Shown here: in pieces, positions 46,012-56,726 of the stretch
Position numbering within the stretch: the stretch's first letter is position 1
Layout of the letters: every line of letters starts with the position of its first letter
From: an uncultured Actinomycetota bacterium
GTDB taxonomy: Bacteria > Actinomycetota > Actinomycetes > JAHEKZ01
Length of the DNA: 64,000 bases
Reading direction: 5' to 3'
Assembly: GCA_963743915.1 (NCBI GenBank)
Contig: CAVURN010000003.1
Location: 320,001-384,000 of the forward strand
Position numbers and translations under genes: made by a program
Notes under the pieces: model-generated
The model's database searches: none
What the model saw: only the letters and a program-made list of their open reading frames with translations
What the model was told of the DNA's origin: nothing

Positions 46012-47234
46012 AGCCAGCCGGCGAGAAGCAGGTAGCTCACGGCGGCGACGGCCGGGATCAGGCGTCCGACCATGGTGTCCATCGGGAGCAGCACTACGGC
46101 CGTGGCGCCCACCACGAAGGCGACGTTGAAGACGAGGTCGTAGGCGATGAAGACCCGCCCTCGGTAGTCGTCGTCGACGCTGCGCTGCAGCACGGTGTCG
46201 ACGACGATCTTCAGGATCTGAGCGCTCGCGCCGAGGACCACCCACGCGACGACGAGGCTGGTGAGTCGCGGTCCGAACCAGGCCGCCACCGACGCCGCAC
46301 CGGCCGCAGCCATGGCCAGTGCCGCGGACCGACGACCGCCCAGGACACGCACGAGGGGCGGCGTGACCAGCGCGGCCACCACCAGCCCGGCACCCAGCGC
46401 CATGGCGATCGACGCCAGCCCCGCGAGTGCCGCCGGCTCGTCGTCCTTGGTGACCTCGAGGCGGAAGCGGATGAGGACGATCGACCAGACCGTCAGCAGA
46501 CCGAAGAGCAGCCGATGCACCGTCATCAGCTCGAGGACCCGCCGCGCCGGACGCGTCCGCAGGATGTGGGCGACACCGTCGCGTACGTCGTCCCAGGCCT
46601 GGCGGAAGGGGGGAGCCTCGTCACCGGTGAGGTCCGGACCCAGTGACGGCCGGGAGAAGCGGCGGGTGGCAGCGGCCGCGAGCAGGTAGCCGGCTCCCGC
46701 CGCCACGAACGGCGCGGCGTCCGACGCACTGCTCAGCGCGAGACCGACACCGGCGCCGACCACGGTCGCCCCCGTGCCGGCGGTGGGTGACAGCGCGTTC
46801 CCGCTGACCAGAAGAGGTGCCGGGAGGGTGAGGGGCAGCGCCGCACCGAGGGCGGCGAGGATGAGTCGGTTGAGCCCGAGCGCCAGCAGCGCGGTGCCGA
46901 AGAGTGCGACGTCGGACGTCGTCGTCGCGGCCAGCACCGCGAGGACCAGCGCGAGCCCGGCGCGCGCCAGGTTCGCCCAGGCGAGCACGGCGACCCGGGA
47001 CCACCGGTCGAGGAGCACCCCGGCCAGAGGGGCGGCCAGGGTGAAGGGCAGGAGCAGCACGGCGAAACCCAGGGCGATGCGGCCGGGGGAGGGCTGGCGC
47101 TCGGGGGTGAAGAGGACGACACCGACGAGCCCCGCCTGGAGCAGCCCGTCGGACAGCTGCCCCACCAGCCGGACGCGCAGCAGCGCCCGGAAGGCCGGCT
47201 CGGCGAACAGTCCGCGCAGGGTGTCGTGGCGCAT
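45981..47234 (-). CDS. MFS transporter
   Basis: Polytopic membrane protein; GVLLDRWSR; YRGRVFIAYD; Rv0037c-like synteny. Confidence 0.88.
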   Translation of the reverse strand: MRHDTLRGLFAEPAFRALLRVRLVGQLSDGLLQAGLVGVVLFTPERQPSPGRIALGFAVLLLPFTLAAPLAGVLLDRWSRVAVLAWANLARAGLALVLAVLAATTTSDVALFGTALLALGLNRLILAALGAALPLTLPAPLLVSGNALSPTAGTGATVVGAGVGLALSSASDAAPFVAAGAGYLLAAAATRRFSRPSLGPDLTGDEAPPFRQAWDDVRDGVAHILRTRPARRVLELMTVHRLLFGLLTVWSIVLIRFRLEVTKDDEPAALAGLASIAMALGAGLVVAALVTPPLVRVLGGRRSAALAMAAAGAASVAAWFGPRLTSLVVAWVVLGASAQILKIVVDTVLQRSVDDDYRGRVFIAYDLVFNVAFVVGATAVVLLPMDTMVGRLIPAVAAVSYLLLAGWLYRPFARSAS

Positions 47235-47317
47235 CGCGGCGAGCCTAGGGGGCGGCCGCGATTCGCGGGTCGGCCTCGGGAGACCGTGATCTGGTGCGGG
47301 CGGTGCGCCCGCCTGGG

Positions 47318-48391
47318 TCAGGCTCGGCCGGCGATGAAGTCCTCGACCGCCTGACGGGCCTCGTCGTCGCGGTACTGCTCGGGCGGCGACTTCATGAAGT
47401 AGCTGGACGCCGACAGGATCGGGCCACCGACGCCGCGGTCGAGCGCGATCTTGGCGCAGCGGACCGCGTCGATGATGACGCCCGCGGAGTTCGGGGAGTC
47501 CCACACCTCGAGCTTGTACTCGAGGTTCAGCGGCACGTCGCCGAACGCGCGACCCTCGAGGCGCACGTAGGCCCACTTGCGGTCGTCGAGCCAGGCGACG
47601 TAGTCGGACGGCCCGATGTGCACGTTGTTCTTGCCGAGGTCGTGGTCGAGCTGGGACGTGACGGCCTGCGTCTTGGAGATCTTCTTGGACTCCAGGCGCT
47701 CGCGCTCGAGCATGTTCTTGAAGTCCATGTTGCCGCCGACGTTCAGCTGCATGGTCCGGTCGAGGATGACCCCGCGGTCCTCGAACAGCTTGGCCAGCAC
47801 GCGGTGCGTGATGGTGGCGCCCACCTGGGACTTGATGTCGTCGCCGACGATCGGCACACCGGCCGCGGTGAACTTGTCGGCCCACTCCTTGGTGCCGGCG
47901 ATGAAGACCGGGAGCGCGTTGACGAAGCCGACGCCGGCGTCGATCGCGGCCTGCGCGTAGTACTTGGCGGCGTCCTCCGAACCCACGGGCAGGTAGCAGA
48001 CGAGCACGTCGGCCTGAGTGTCACGAAGCACCTGTGCCACGTCGACCGGCTCTTCGTCGGACTCGGTGATGGTCTCCAGGTAGTACTTGCCGAGACCGTC
48101 GAGCGTCGGCCCGCGCTGGACGGTGACTCCGGTGGGCGGCACGTCGGCGATCTTGATCGTGTTGTTCTCGCTCGACACGATCGCGTGGGCGAGATCCTGG
48201 CCGACCTTCTTGGCGTCGACGTCGAATCCGGCGACGAACTGCACGTCCCTGACGTGGTAGTCGCCGATCTGCACGTGCATCAAGCCGGGGACGCGTGCGT
48301 CGGGATCGGCGTCCTTGTAGTACTCGACGCCTTGCACGAGCGATGCGGCGCAGTTGCCGACGCCCGCGATGGCTACGCGTACCGAACCCAT
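47318..48391 (-). CDS. ino1: Inositol-3-phosphate synthase
   Basis: [38 protein letters not shown]. Confidence 0.97.
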   Translation of the reverse strand: MGSVRVAIAGVGNCAASLVQGVEYYKDADPDARVPGLMHVQIGDYHVRDVQFVAGFDVDAKKVGQDLAHAIVSSENNTIKIADVPPTGVTVQRGPTLDGLGKYYLETITESDEEPVDVAQVLRDTQADVLVCYLPVGSEDAAKYYAQAAIDAGVGFVNALPVFIAGTKEWADKFTAAGVPIVGDDIKSQVGATITHRVLAKLFEDRGVILDRTMQLNVGGNMDFKNMLERERLESKKISKTQAVTSQLDHDLGKNNVHIGPSDYVAWLDDRKWAYVRLEGRAFGDVPLNLEYKLEVWDSPNSAGVIIDAVRCAKIALDRGVGGPILSASSYFMKSPPEQYRDDEARQAVEDFIAGRA

Positions 48392-48394
48392 GGG

Positions 48395-49015
48395 TTACTC
48401 CTTCGTCGTGTCCCCGGAGCGGATCGCCCGGGAGTCTTGGGGGGTGGAACGGGAAGAGACGGACGCAGCCGAACCGGTGCGCGCGTTTTCGTCGTCGATC
48501 AGCTCGTTGAGCCAGCGCACCTCACGCTCGACCGACTCGAGGCCGTGCTGGTGGAGCGCGACGGTGTAGTCGTCGAGCCGCTCGCGGGTGCGGGTGACGG
48601 AGCCGCGCAGCGTCTCGAGCCGTTCCTCGAGGCGTCCACGGCGTCCCATGAGGATGCGCATGCGGGTGTCGGCGTCGGTGCGTCCGAAGAACGCGAACCG
48701 GACGCCGAACGTCTCGTCGTCCCAGGCGGCCGGGCCGGCGTCGGCGAGGAGCTCCTGGAAGTGCTCCTTGCCCTCGGCGGTCAGCTGGTAGACGATCTTG
48801 GACCGACGGGCCCCGCTCGTCGCTGAGTCGGCGGACTCGGCGATCCAGCCCTGGCGCACGAGGTCCTTCAGGCAGGGGTAGAGGGAGCCGTAGGAGAGGG
48901 CGCGGAAGGCGCCGAGCTGGCTGGAGAGCCGCTTGCGCAGCTCGTAGCCGTGCATCGGGGACTCGTGCAGCGAGCCGAGGACGGCCAGCTCGAGCACCCC
49001 ACTGCGCTTGGCCAC
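48395..49015 (-). CDS. PadR-family regulator of ino1 (InoR/Rv0047c-like)
   Basis: LELAVLG..PMHGYELRKRL..SYGSLYP..YQLTAEG. Confidence 0.92.
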   Translation of the reverse strand: MAKRSGVLELAVLGSLHESPMHGYELRKRLSSQLGAFRALSYGSLYPCLKDLVRQGWIAESADSATSGARRSKIVYQLTAEGKEHFQELLADAGPAAWDDETFGVRFAFFGRTDADTRMRILMGRRGRLEERLETLRGSVTRTRERLDDYTVALHQHGLESVEREVRWLNELIDDENARTGSAASVSSRSTPQDSRAIRSGDTTKE

Positions 49016-49036
49016 GGCACTCCTTGGACGGCGGGA

Positions 49037-49085
49037 CGATATATCGGATCGATACATCGCAACGATGCGTCGCGACGATACGCGG
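49037..49085. promoter_or_regulatory. Four quasi-palindromic CGATRYRTCG boxes at 13-bp period (putative PadR operator)
   Basis: CGATATATCG 49037, CGATACATCG 49050, CGATGCGTCG 49063, CGATACGCGG 49076. Confidence 0.65.
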
Positions 49086-49193
49086 TGGGCCGGGTCGACG
49101 CAAATCCACCCGCCGTTCACCCCGCCGCCACCCCTCGACGCGTTCCCTCGGGGAGCGGACGCGGGGGAGCGCGCCGGGACGTACCCTCGAGGG

Positions 49194-49619
49194 ATGCCGC
49201 GTCCAGCACGGGTCTGGTCGCAGCGTGCGGTCGTCGACTACGCGCTGCAGCGCAGGGCTGCGCTGGCCGAGCTGCGCCGGGGCCAGGTGTTCGTCACCGA
49301 CCTGTGTGACGCCGACCCCTACCTGCTGCGGGCTGCTGAGCACCACGGGGTGCCGGCCGACCGGCCCTGTCCGGTCTGCCGGCGGCCCGAGCTGGTCGAG
49401 CTCTCCTACGTGTACGGGGACGAGCTCGGGCCCTACCAGGGGCGGATCCGAGCCCCCCGTGAGCTCGAGCTCATGGCCCGCGAGCACGGTGAGTTCCGGG
49501 TGTACGTGGTCGAGGTCTGCCGTCGGTGCTCGTGGAACTACCTGACGACCACGTTCCTGATGGGGGACGGGGAGCCGCGTCCCCCGCTCCGGGCCTCGCG
49601 CGGCGACCCCGTGCTCTGA
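49194..49619 (+). CDS. DUF5318 family zinc-binding protein
   Basis: VVDYALQRRA, CDADPYL, CPVC, YVVEVCRRCSWN. Confidence 0.9.
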   Translation: MPRPARVWSQRAVVDYALQRRAALAELRRGQVFVTDLCDADPYLLRAAEHHGVPADRPCPVCRRPELVELSYVYGDELGPYQGRIRAPRELELMAREHGEFRVYVVEVCRRCSWNYLTTTFLMGDGEPRPPLRASRGDPVL

Positions 49620-49681
49620 CCCGTCCGCCGACTGGGTGCAGTGACGGGGGTCCTGGCACCGGAAAGCGCACCCGAGCCCCG

Positions 49682-51866
49682 ATGCCGCCGCGCCCCAGGG
49701 CCCCGAAAGCGTCGCCAGCGGGTCGGGGAACGCCGAACCGTCCGCGTCCGTCAGACTGGGGGCCGGCCCCGGCCGCACCCTCCCCATCGAAAGGCCGACG
49801 TGCGCATCGACTACCCCCGCCGTGGGCGAACCGGCGCTCGTCGCTTCGTCCCGTCGTGGCGCCAGGTGCTCGGCCTGCTGACCCTCGGGGTGGCCGCCGG
49901 GATCGCCGCGTTCATCGCCCTCTACCTGATGATCGACGTCCCTCAGCCGAACGAGCTGGCCACGGCTCAGACGAGCGTCGTCTACTACGACGACGGCAAG
50001 AGCGTCATCGGGCGCTTCGCCGAGGTCAACCGCGAGATCGTCTCGCTCGACGACATCCCGGACGAGGTCGAGCTGGCCGTCCTGGCCGCTGAGGATCGCA
50101 GCTTCTACGAGAACGAGGGGATCTCCCCGGCGGGAATCGTGCGTGCCCTGTGGAACAACATCCGCGGCGGCGACACGCAGGGAGCCTCGACCATCACCCA
50201 GCAGTACGCGCGCAACGCCTACCTCACGCAGGAGCAGACGCTGCAGCGCAAGGTGAAGGAGGCGATCCTCGCCATCAAGCTCGCGCGGGACCAGACCAAG
50301 GACCAGGTGCTCGAGGACTACCTCAACACGATCTACTTCGGACGCGGTGCGTACGGCATCCAGGCGGCCAGTCAGGCCTACTTCGGCCGGGACGTCCAGG
50401 ACCTCACCGTCGCGCAAGGCGCAGTGCTGGCGGCGGTGATCCGCGCTCCGAGCTCGTACGACCCGGTGGAGGGACCCGAGGCCAAGGACGCTCTCGAGGC
50501 GCGGGTCCTCGACTACGTGATCCCCGGGATGGTCGAGCAGGGCTGGCTGAGCGAGACGGAAGCCGCCGAGATCACCCGCCTGCCGAAGATCCAGGACCCC
50601 AAGGCCCTCAACGCCTACCGCGGGCAGTCGGGATTCCTGCTCGACGTGGTCCGCGACGAGCTCAGGGACCTCGGCTTCAACAAGGACGAGATCGACGCCG
50701 GTGGGCTGCGCATCACGACGACGTTCGACAAGCAGGCGCAGGACGCGGCACAGACGGCCGCCACCGAAGGCTTCCCACCGCCTCCCAACGAGGGCGTCAA
50801 GCTGGGACTGGTCTCGGTCGAGCCGGGGACGGGCCGCATCGTGGCGATGTACGGCGGCACGAACTGGGAGCGCAGCCAGTTCAACAACGCGATCGCCCCG
50901 GTTCCTGTCGGCTCCACCATGAAGGCGTTCACCGTCGCCGCCGCCCTGCAGAACGGGTACACGCTGTCGAGCACCTTCGACGGCAACTCGCCCTTCTACA
51001 TCGAGACCGAGACCAAGCCGGTCTACAACCAGGGCGGAGCCAGCTACGGGTCGGCCATCTCGCTGCTGTACGCCACCGAGATGTCGGTGAACACCGCGTT
51101 CGTCGACCTCACCGAGCAGATGGGTCCGCAGGAGGTCGCTCAGGCAGCCGGTGAGGCCGGGCTCGACGTCGACAACCTGTACGCCGACAGCCCACGCGTG
51201 ACGCTCGGGTCGGCGGCCTACTCGCCGCTCACCATGGCTGCGGGGTACGCCACCTTCGCCGCCGAGGGCGTGCACGCCGACCCCTTCGCGGTGCTCAAGG
51301 TCGAGGACGCCACCGGTCAGGTGCTGTACGAGGCCGAGGAGCAGACGCAACGGGCCTTCCCGGCGACCATCGCCAACGAGGTCACGTACGACCTGGCTCA
51401 GGTGGTTCAGGCCGGCACGGGCGCCTACGCGCAGAACCTCGGACGTCCGGCCGCCGGCAAGACCGGCAACCACGAGGGCGAGACGGCGTGGTTCATCGGC
51501 TACACGCCGCAGCTGGTCACCGCCGTCGCCTTTCACCGAGAGCTCGGCGGTGACCCGCTGGCACCCCTGAACGGAGTGGCGTACCAACCTGTCTTCACCG
51601 GAGCCGGCTACCCCACCCAGATCTGGACGGCTTTCATGAACGCCGCCCTCGAGGGCACCGAGGTGCTCCCACTCCCCGGCCGACCGGTGCCCACCACCAG
51701 TCCCTCCCCGACCCCGTCACCGTCGCCCACGACGTCGTCACCGTCACCGTCGCCGACCACCGCGTCGCCGTCGCCCTCGCCGACGAAGACCAAGCCGTCT
51801 CCGTCGGCGACCTCGGCGGAGCCGAGCCCGTCCGCCGAGCCCGCCGGAGGCGGACAACAGCCGTGA
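49682..51866 (+). CDS. ponA: Class A penicillin-binding protein (PBP1A/PonA1); start uncertain, possible +1 indel near 49800
   Basis: Transglycosylase EDRSF and GASTITQQY; transpeptidase STMK, SVN, KTG; Pro/Ser/Thr tail. In-frame GTG at 49800, or ATG 49682 if one base is spurious. Confidence 0.92.
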
Positions 51867-51906
51867 CGGGCCGCCTCCGGCGTCAGGTCCGGAGACGGAC
51901 GGCACA

Positions 51907-53391
51907 ATGACCCGCGTGCCGACCACTGACCCCTTGGTGCTGCCCAGCCAGGACGACCCGGTGGTCGGGGGGGCCAGCGGATTCCTCGGAGGGCCCGTCG
52001 GAAGGCACGCCGACGTGCGGCGTGCGTGGTGGAACCCGGTCCGCGTCCTGGTGCTGCTGGCAGTGCTGGCCAGCGGCTTGGGGGCCGCGATCGACGCCCC
52101 GTGCATCACGAAGTCCTGGTCGGACGGGTACGAGCAGTTCTCGCGCGGCTGCTACAGCGACATGGTCCACCTGTATTGGGGACGAGGGATCGCCGAGGGC
52201 GTGATCCCCTACGTCCAGGACCCTGCGACCACCGGCGACGTCGAGGTCGAGTACCCCGTGCTCACCGGTGCGGTCATGTGGGTCGTCGCGCAACCGATCG
52301 CGGACACCTGGACCGACTCCACCCGCGCCCGCGTCTACTTCTCGCTCAACGCGATCCTCATCGCCCTGCTGCTTGCCCTGACCGTCTGGGCGACCGCACT
52401 GACCGTCCGTCGACGACCCTGGGACGCCGCGATGGTGGCGCTCGCCCCGGGAATGGTGCTGGCGTCCACCATCAACTGGGACCTCTGGGCGGTCGCGGCC
52501 ACGTCCTTGGCGCTGCTGGCGTGGGCGCGCAGGTACCCGGTGCTCGCGGGTGTGCTGCTCGGTCTCGGCGCCTCGTTCAAGTTCTACCCCGTGCTGGTCC
52601 TGGGACCGTTGCTCATCCTCTGCCTGCGGGCGGGACGGATGCGGGCATGGGCGCTGACCTTCGGCGCGGCACTGGTGATGTGGCTGGCAGCCAACGTGCC
52701 GATCATGCTGGCCAGGTTCGACGGGTGGTCGAGCTTCTACACGTTCTCGTCCGAGCGCGGTGCGGACTTCGGGTCGCCGTGGTTGGTCGTGCAGAACGGG
52801 CTCGGCGTCGACCTGCCGGTCGAGCGGCTCAACCTCTGGGCGGCGGGAATCTTCTTCCTGATGTGCCTGGGGATCGCCGCGCTGATTCTCTTCGCGCCCC
52901 GGCGGCCGCGGCTGCACCAGGTCGTTTTTCTGACCGTCGCGGCGTTCGCCGTGACGAACAAGGTGTACTCGCCTCAGTTCGTCGTCTGGCTGATCCCGCT
53001 GGCCGTCCTGGCAAGGCCCCGCTGGCGCGACTTCCTGTGGTGGCAGGGAGCGCAGGTCGTCTACTTCTTCGCGGTCTGGTGGTACATCATCTGGCAGGCC
53101 GATCCGGCACGAGGTCTGCCGGACAAGTACTACTGGGCGGCGATCCTGCTGCACACCGCAGCCACGCTGGTCTACGCGGGGTTCGTGGTGCGCGACGCGT
53201 TGCGGCCCGAGTGTGATCCCGTTCGGAGCAGCCTCGGCGAGGACGACCCGGGGGGCGGGGTGCTCGACGGCGCACCGGACCACGTCTACCGAGGCCGACC
53301 TGTCGGGCAGCGACGATCGGGACGGCACGGGCGGCACGGGCAGCACGGGCAGCACGCCACCGCCACCGACCCTCGTGTGGGTGCGGTGTGA
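51907..53391 (+). CDS. GT87 (DUF2029) polyprenol-dependent glycosyltransferase
   Basis: CYSD, EYPVLTG, INWD, KFYP, KVYSPQF; multiple TM segments. Confidence 0.9.
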   Translation: MTRVPTTDPLVLPSQDDPVVGGASGFLGGPVGRHADVRRAWWNPVRVLVLLAVLASGLGAAIDAPCITKSWSDGYEQFSRGCYSDMVHLYWGRGIAEGVIPYVQDPATTGDVEVEYPVLTGAVMWVVAQPIADTWTDSTRARVYFSLNAILIALLLALTVWATALTVRRRPWDAAMVALAPGMVLASTINWDLWAVAATSLALLAWARRYPVLAGVLLGLGASFKFYPVLVLGPLLILCLRAGRMRAWALTFGAALVMWLAANVPIMLARFDGWSSFYTFSSERGADFGSPWLVVQNGLGVDLPVERLNLWAAGIFFLMCLGIAALILFAPRRPRLHQVVFLTVAAFAVTNKVYSPQFVVWLIPLAVLARPRWRDFLWWQGAQVVYFFAVWWYIIWQADPARGLPDKYYWAAILLHTAATLVYAGFVVRDALRPECDPVRSSLGEDDPGGGVLDGAPDHVYRGRPVGQRRSGRHGRHGQHGQHATATDPRVGAV

Positions 53392-53510
53392 CACCCGTCC
53401 CGATCAACGGGACTAACGCCGCACCCATCCGCCGGAGTTCCGTGGCGACGTGTGGGATGGGTGCGGTGATCCCTGCAATCAACGGAGGCGGTGTCACACC
53501 GCACCCGTCC
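53379..53510. repeat. Nested inverted-repeat element (REP/MITE-like)
   Basis: Perfect 17-bp IR GGGTGCGGTGTGACACC (53379-53395) / GGTGTCACACCGCACCC (53490-53506); inner 12-bp IR CCGCACCCATCC / GGATGGGTGCGG. Confidence 0.75.
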
Positions 53511-53513
53511 CGG

Positions 53514-54438
53514 TTAGCGGTCCTTGATCAGGACCAGGTCGTCGTACAGAGGGAACAGCCCGACGTCGGTGAAGAGGGAGTAGTCGTCGTCGTCGAGATC
53601 CATCCCGGTCACGGTGGCCAGCCGCGCCCACGACCAGCCGCGACTGCGGAAGCGGTCGAACGACTCGAGCAGCAGCGCGTGGCCCAGACCTTGGCCGCGT
53701 CGCCGCTCACGGACCCCCAACACACCGATCAGGCCTGTCTGCTCCTTGGTGGTGTCCATGAAGTTCAGCGCGATCGCCAGTGGCCCCTGCTCGTCACGCA
53801 CCATGACGGACAGTCCCGGTAGCGCGGTCGGGTCGTTGGTGGTGTTGTACTCGTAGTCCTCACGCGACAGGTGCCATCCGCCACGCTTGGGCTGCAGCGC
53901 CTCCGACACGACGGTGAAGCCGTCCTCGAGGTCGCGCGTGATGCTGAACGTGCTCACCTCGACGTCGTCGGGCCAGACCGGCTGCGGGCGCGTCCAGTAC
54001 CTCGCCTTCGAGGATCGTCACCTTCTGGGCGACGTCGTACCCCAGCTGCCGCGCGACGTCGACGAGCTCGGTGTCCTCGCGAGGGACGTCCATCTGCAGG
54101 TACCCGTGCGCAGCGGTGTACGAGTTGCTGGCCACGATGCGCTCAGCAGCCTCGAGCAAGGTGCGTGCGTATCGAGCTCGGTCGGGTCCAGGCGGGAGGG
54201 CGATGCGCACGGTGCCCTTGGTGAACGGGGCACCGATGTGCACGTGCACCCCGGCGACGTCCTCCCCGCCCACCTCGAGGTATCGGTCGTTGTCGGCGGG
54301 CTCGCCCGTCGGGCTGATGAGGATGGCAGCGAGCTCGTCCTCCTGCCACTCGTCCTCACCGCGGAGCCAGCGGTAGTGCGCGTTGATCAGCCGGGTGAAG
54401 GTGGCCACGTCGCGGGACGTCCCTGGTCGCAGCCGCAT
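53514..54438 (-). CDS. Tandem GNAT acetyltransferase (apparent +1 frameshift near 53987)
   Basis: C-terminal motif A LGVRERRRGQGLGHALL; removing one C joins ORFs 53860-54438 and 53514-53957 via DAPQPVWPDDVEVST. Confidence 0.75.
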
Positions 54439-54496
54439 CAGCAGCCGCCTGGTGAGGTGAACGTGCCGGTCATAGGTGCGTCAACGTATCGCAGCG

Positions 54497-55531
54497 TCAG
54501 TGCAGCACGACGCGGTCGAAGGAAGCCGTCGTCATCCGGACGTCCGCCGGCACGTCCGACCCGACCACCGGCGGAGCGATGCCGGAGGGCAGCCACACCA
54601 TGGACACCTGCATGTGCGGTGGCTCCATGAACCAGCGACGCTTCCCGTCGACGTAGAAGGGCGAAAGAGCGCGCCCCACCGCTTGCAGCCCTCCCTCGGC
54701 CGCGAGCTTGGCGCGCGCTGACGCGCCGCGGACGGCGCGAGGAGCGGACATCGCGACACCGTGTGACGTGCCGCCGCCGACGACGAGCAGGTGTCCCTCC
54801 CCCGGGGCGCGCCGTTGCCGGTAGCCGACGCGCTGGCCTCGACGGACGCGGTGGCACGCGAGCACGGTGCCTCTGGCCTGGTACGACTCCCGCTCGCCGA
54901 GCCAGAGCAGCGTGCCGATCCGTGGCCGGAAGGTCGTCTCGGGATGACGCCGGCGGAGGGTGGCCAGCTCTGCTGCGGTCACGTGGCTGACCCACAGGGT
55001 GTCCGTGGGCAGCTGGTGACGTCGCAGGGTGCTCACCCAGCTGCTGATCTCCTCGACGCGTGACAGCTCGCCGTCGTCGATCGGCAGGTGCAGGGCGAAA
55101 CCGTCGAGCCGCAGTCGGCGGAGATCCGGCACGGCCCGAGCGAGCGCCTCCTCGTCGAGCCCGAACCGGTGCATCGACGTCAACAGCTCGACCACCACGC
55201 GACGCCGGTGGCCCGCCAGCGCCCGCACCGCTTCCGGCGACGACAGGGTGAGGACGAGCCTGTCGTCCGCCTCCGGCTCCGGATCGATCGCCGGGTGCCA
55301 CGGCGTGAGGACGAGCACGTCACCGCCGAACGCGTCGTGCACCATCGGTGCCTCGTCGAGGGTTCCGACCGCCAACGTGTCGCAGCCGAGCCTTGCCGTC
55401 TCGGCCGCGAGCGTCGACAGGCCGAAGCCGTACCCGTTGCCCTTTGCCACCGGCACGATCGTCGGCAGGTCGGCCACCACCCGGTCGGCGTGCACGCGCC
55501 ACGCGTCGGTCTCGATGTGCAGCGCGAACAT
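54497..55531 (-). CDS. Alanine racemase-family PLP protein
   Basis: VPVAKGNGYGFG, TSMHRFG, RPRIGT, VGY; adjacent to femX. Confidence 0.85.
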   Translation of the reverse strand: MFALHIETDAWRVHADRVVADLPTIVPVAKGNGYGFGLSTLAAETARLGCDTLAVGTLDEAPMVHDAFGGDVLVLTPWHPAIDPEPEADDRLVLTLSSPEAVRALAGHRRRVVVELLTSMHRFGLDEEALARAVPDLRRLRLDGFALHLPIDDGELSRVEEISSWVSTLRRHQLPTDTLWVSHVTAAELATLRRRHPETTFRPRIGTLLWLGERESYQARGTVLACHRVRRGQRVGYRQRRAPGEGHLLVVGGGTSHGVAMSAPRAVRGASARAKLAAEGGLQAVGRALSPFYVDGKRRWFMEPPHMQVSMVWLPSGIAPPVVGSDVPADVRMTTASFDRVVLH

Positions 55532-55533
55532 GG

Positions 55534-56650
55534 CTAGCGGCGTCCCAGGTAGTAGGTGAAGGCCTTGTGCAGCAGCCGGTTGAGCGGATAGTCCCACTCG
55601 CCCACGTACTCGACGACCTCACCACCGGTGCCCAGCTTGAACTGGATCAGGCCGAACAGCGGGTCGTCCTCGTCCAGGGTGTCGGAGATGCCCCGCAGGT
55701 CGTAGACGGACGCACCCGCTGCGTGCGCGTCCTGGATCATCTGCCACTGGATGGCGTTGCTCGGACGCAGCTCGCGCCCCTCGGTCGTGGACGCGCCGTA
55801 CGAGTACCAGACGTGCCGGCCGACCCGGACCCACGTGGTCGCGGCGAGCAGACGTCCCTCGTGCCGGGCAAGGTAGAGGCGGATGCGGTCAGGATCCTCG
55901 GCCCGCATCACGCTGCCACATGTTCTCGAAGTAGCCGAGGGGCCGTGGCCGGAAGCCGTCACGCGCGGCGGTCTCGACGTAGATCTCGTGGAAGGCGGCG
56001 AGGTCCGCGGCGCTCCCCTGCGACACCTCGACCCCCGCCTTCTCCGCCTTGCGCACGTTGCGCCGCCACAGCTGGTTGAAGCCGGCGAACACCTCGTCGG
56101 TCGTGCGACCTTCCAGAGGGACGCAGAAGACGTACCGGGGCTGGAAGTCACCGAAGCCGGCGCTCGACGCCTGCTGACGCCAACCGGTGGTGCGCAGGCG
56201 GTTGGTGAGATCGGTGGCAGCGCTCGACTCGTCGTCCGCGGGCACCTCACTGAGGCGTTGCACGTCTGCGGTGGCGATGGCGTCCTTGACGGTGCGCGCC
56301 TGCCAGCGTCGCGCCACCACGGGGGGCCCCATCTTGACGGTGAAGCAGCGCTGTCGACGCAGGTGCGCGAGCAGCGGTGCCGTGACCGCGTCGGCGCCAT
56401 AGCGCTCCCAGTCGAGCACCGGCCCCTCCGGCAGGTACGCGAGTGAACGCCCCAGGCGCGGGATCGCTCGGTAGAGCACCAGCCCGGCGCCCACCAGGCT
56501 GTCCCCGTCGAACCACCCCAGGCTCTCGCTGTGCCAGTCGCTCTTCACCGCGCCCCAGGCGGGCGTCTGGAGAAAGGACCCGCTGGCGTCGGTGACGACG
56601 TCGAGGTGCTCGGCCGCTGAGATCGGCCGCACTGCCAGGGGTGCGCTCAC
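55534..56650 (-). CDS. femX: FemX/FemABX lipid II aminoacyl (glycyl) transferase (apparent +1 frameshift near 55916)
   Basis: SFLQTPAWG.VK, AYLPEGP, WRRNVRKAEK, YSYGAS, YDLRGI, GLIQFKLG, GEWD. Confidence 0.9.
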
Positions 56651-56726
56651 GGCGGTCAGCCTACGGAAGGTCGCCGGCATCACTCGCGCCGCCGCTCGCG
56701 GCCGCCGTTCGTCCTAGGCTGCCGCC

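Noticed and set aside
45981-47885. 634-aa extended MFS ORF, and similar N-terminal extensions of dnaA, murJ, sigM, parB and the glycerate kinase
   Set aside because: The extensions overlap neighbouring genes and are low-complexity; internal starts fit family lengths and promoter or coupling signals.
48522-51587. 1021-aa minus-strand ORF and many other long antisense ORFs (e.g. 40157-42013, 17523-19202, 6752-8266)
   Set aside because: Shadow ORFs opposite well-supported genes; expected from high-GC codon bias and lacking recognisable motifs.
51690-51850. Repetitive CCGTCG/CCGACG tract
   Set aside because: Encodes the ordinary Pro/Ser/Thr tail of PonA; not a DNA repeat element or CRISPR.
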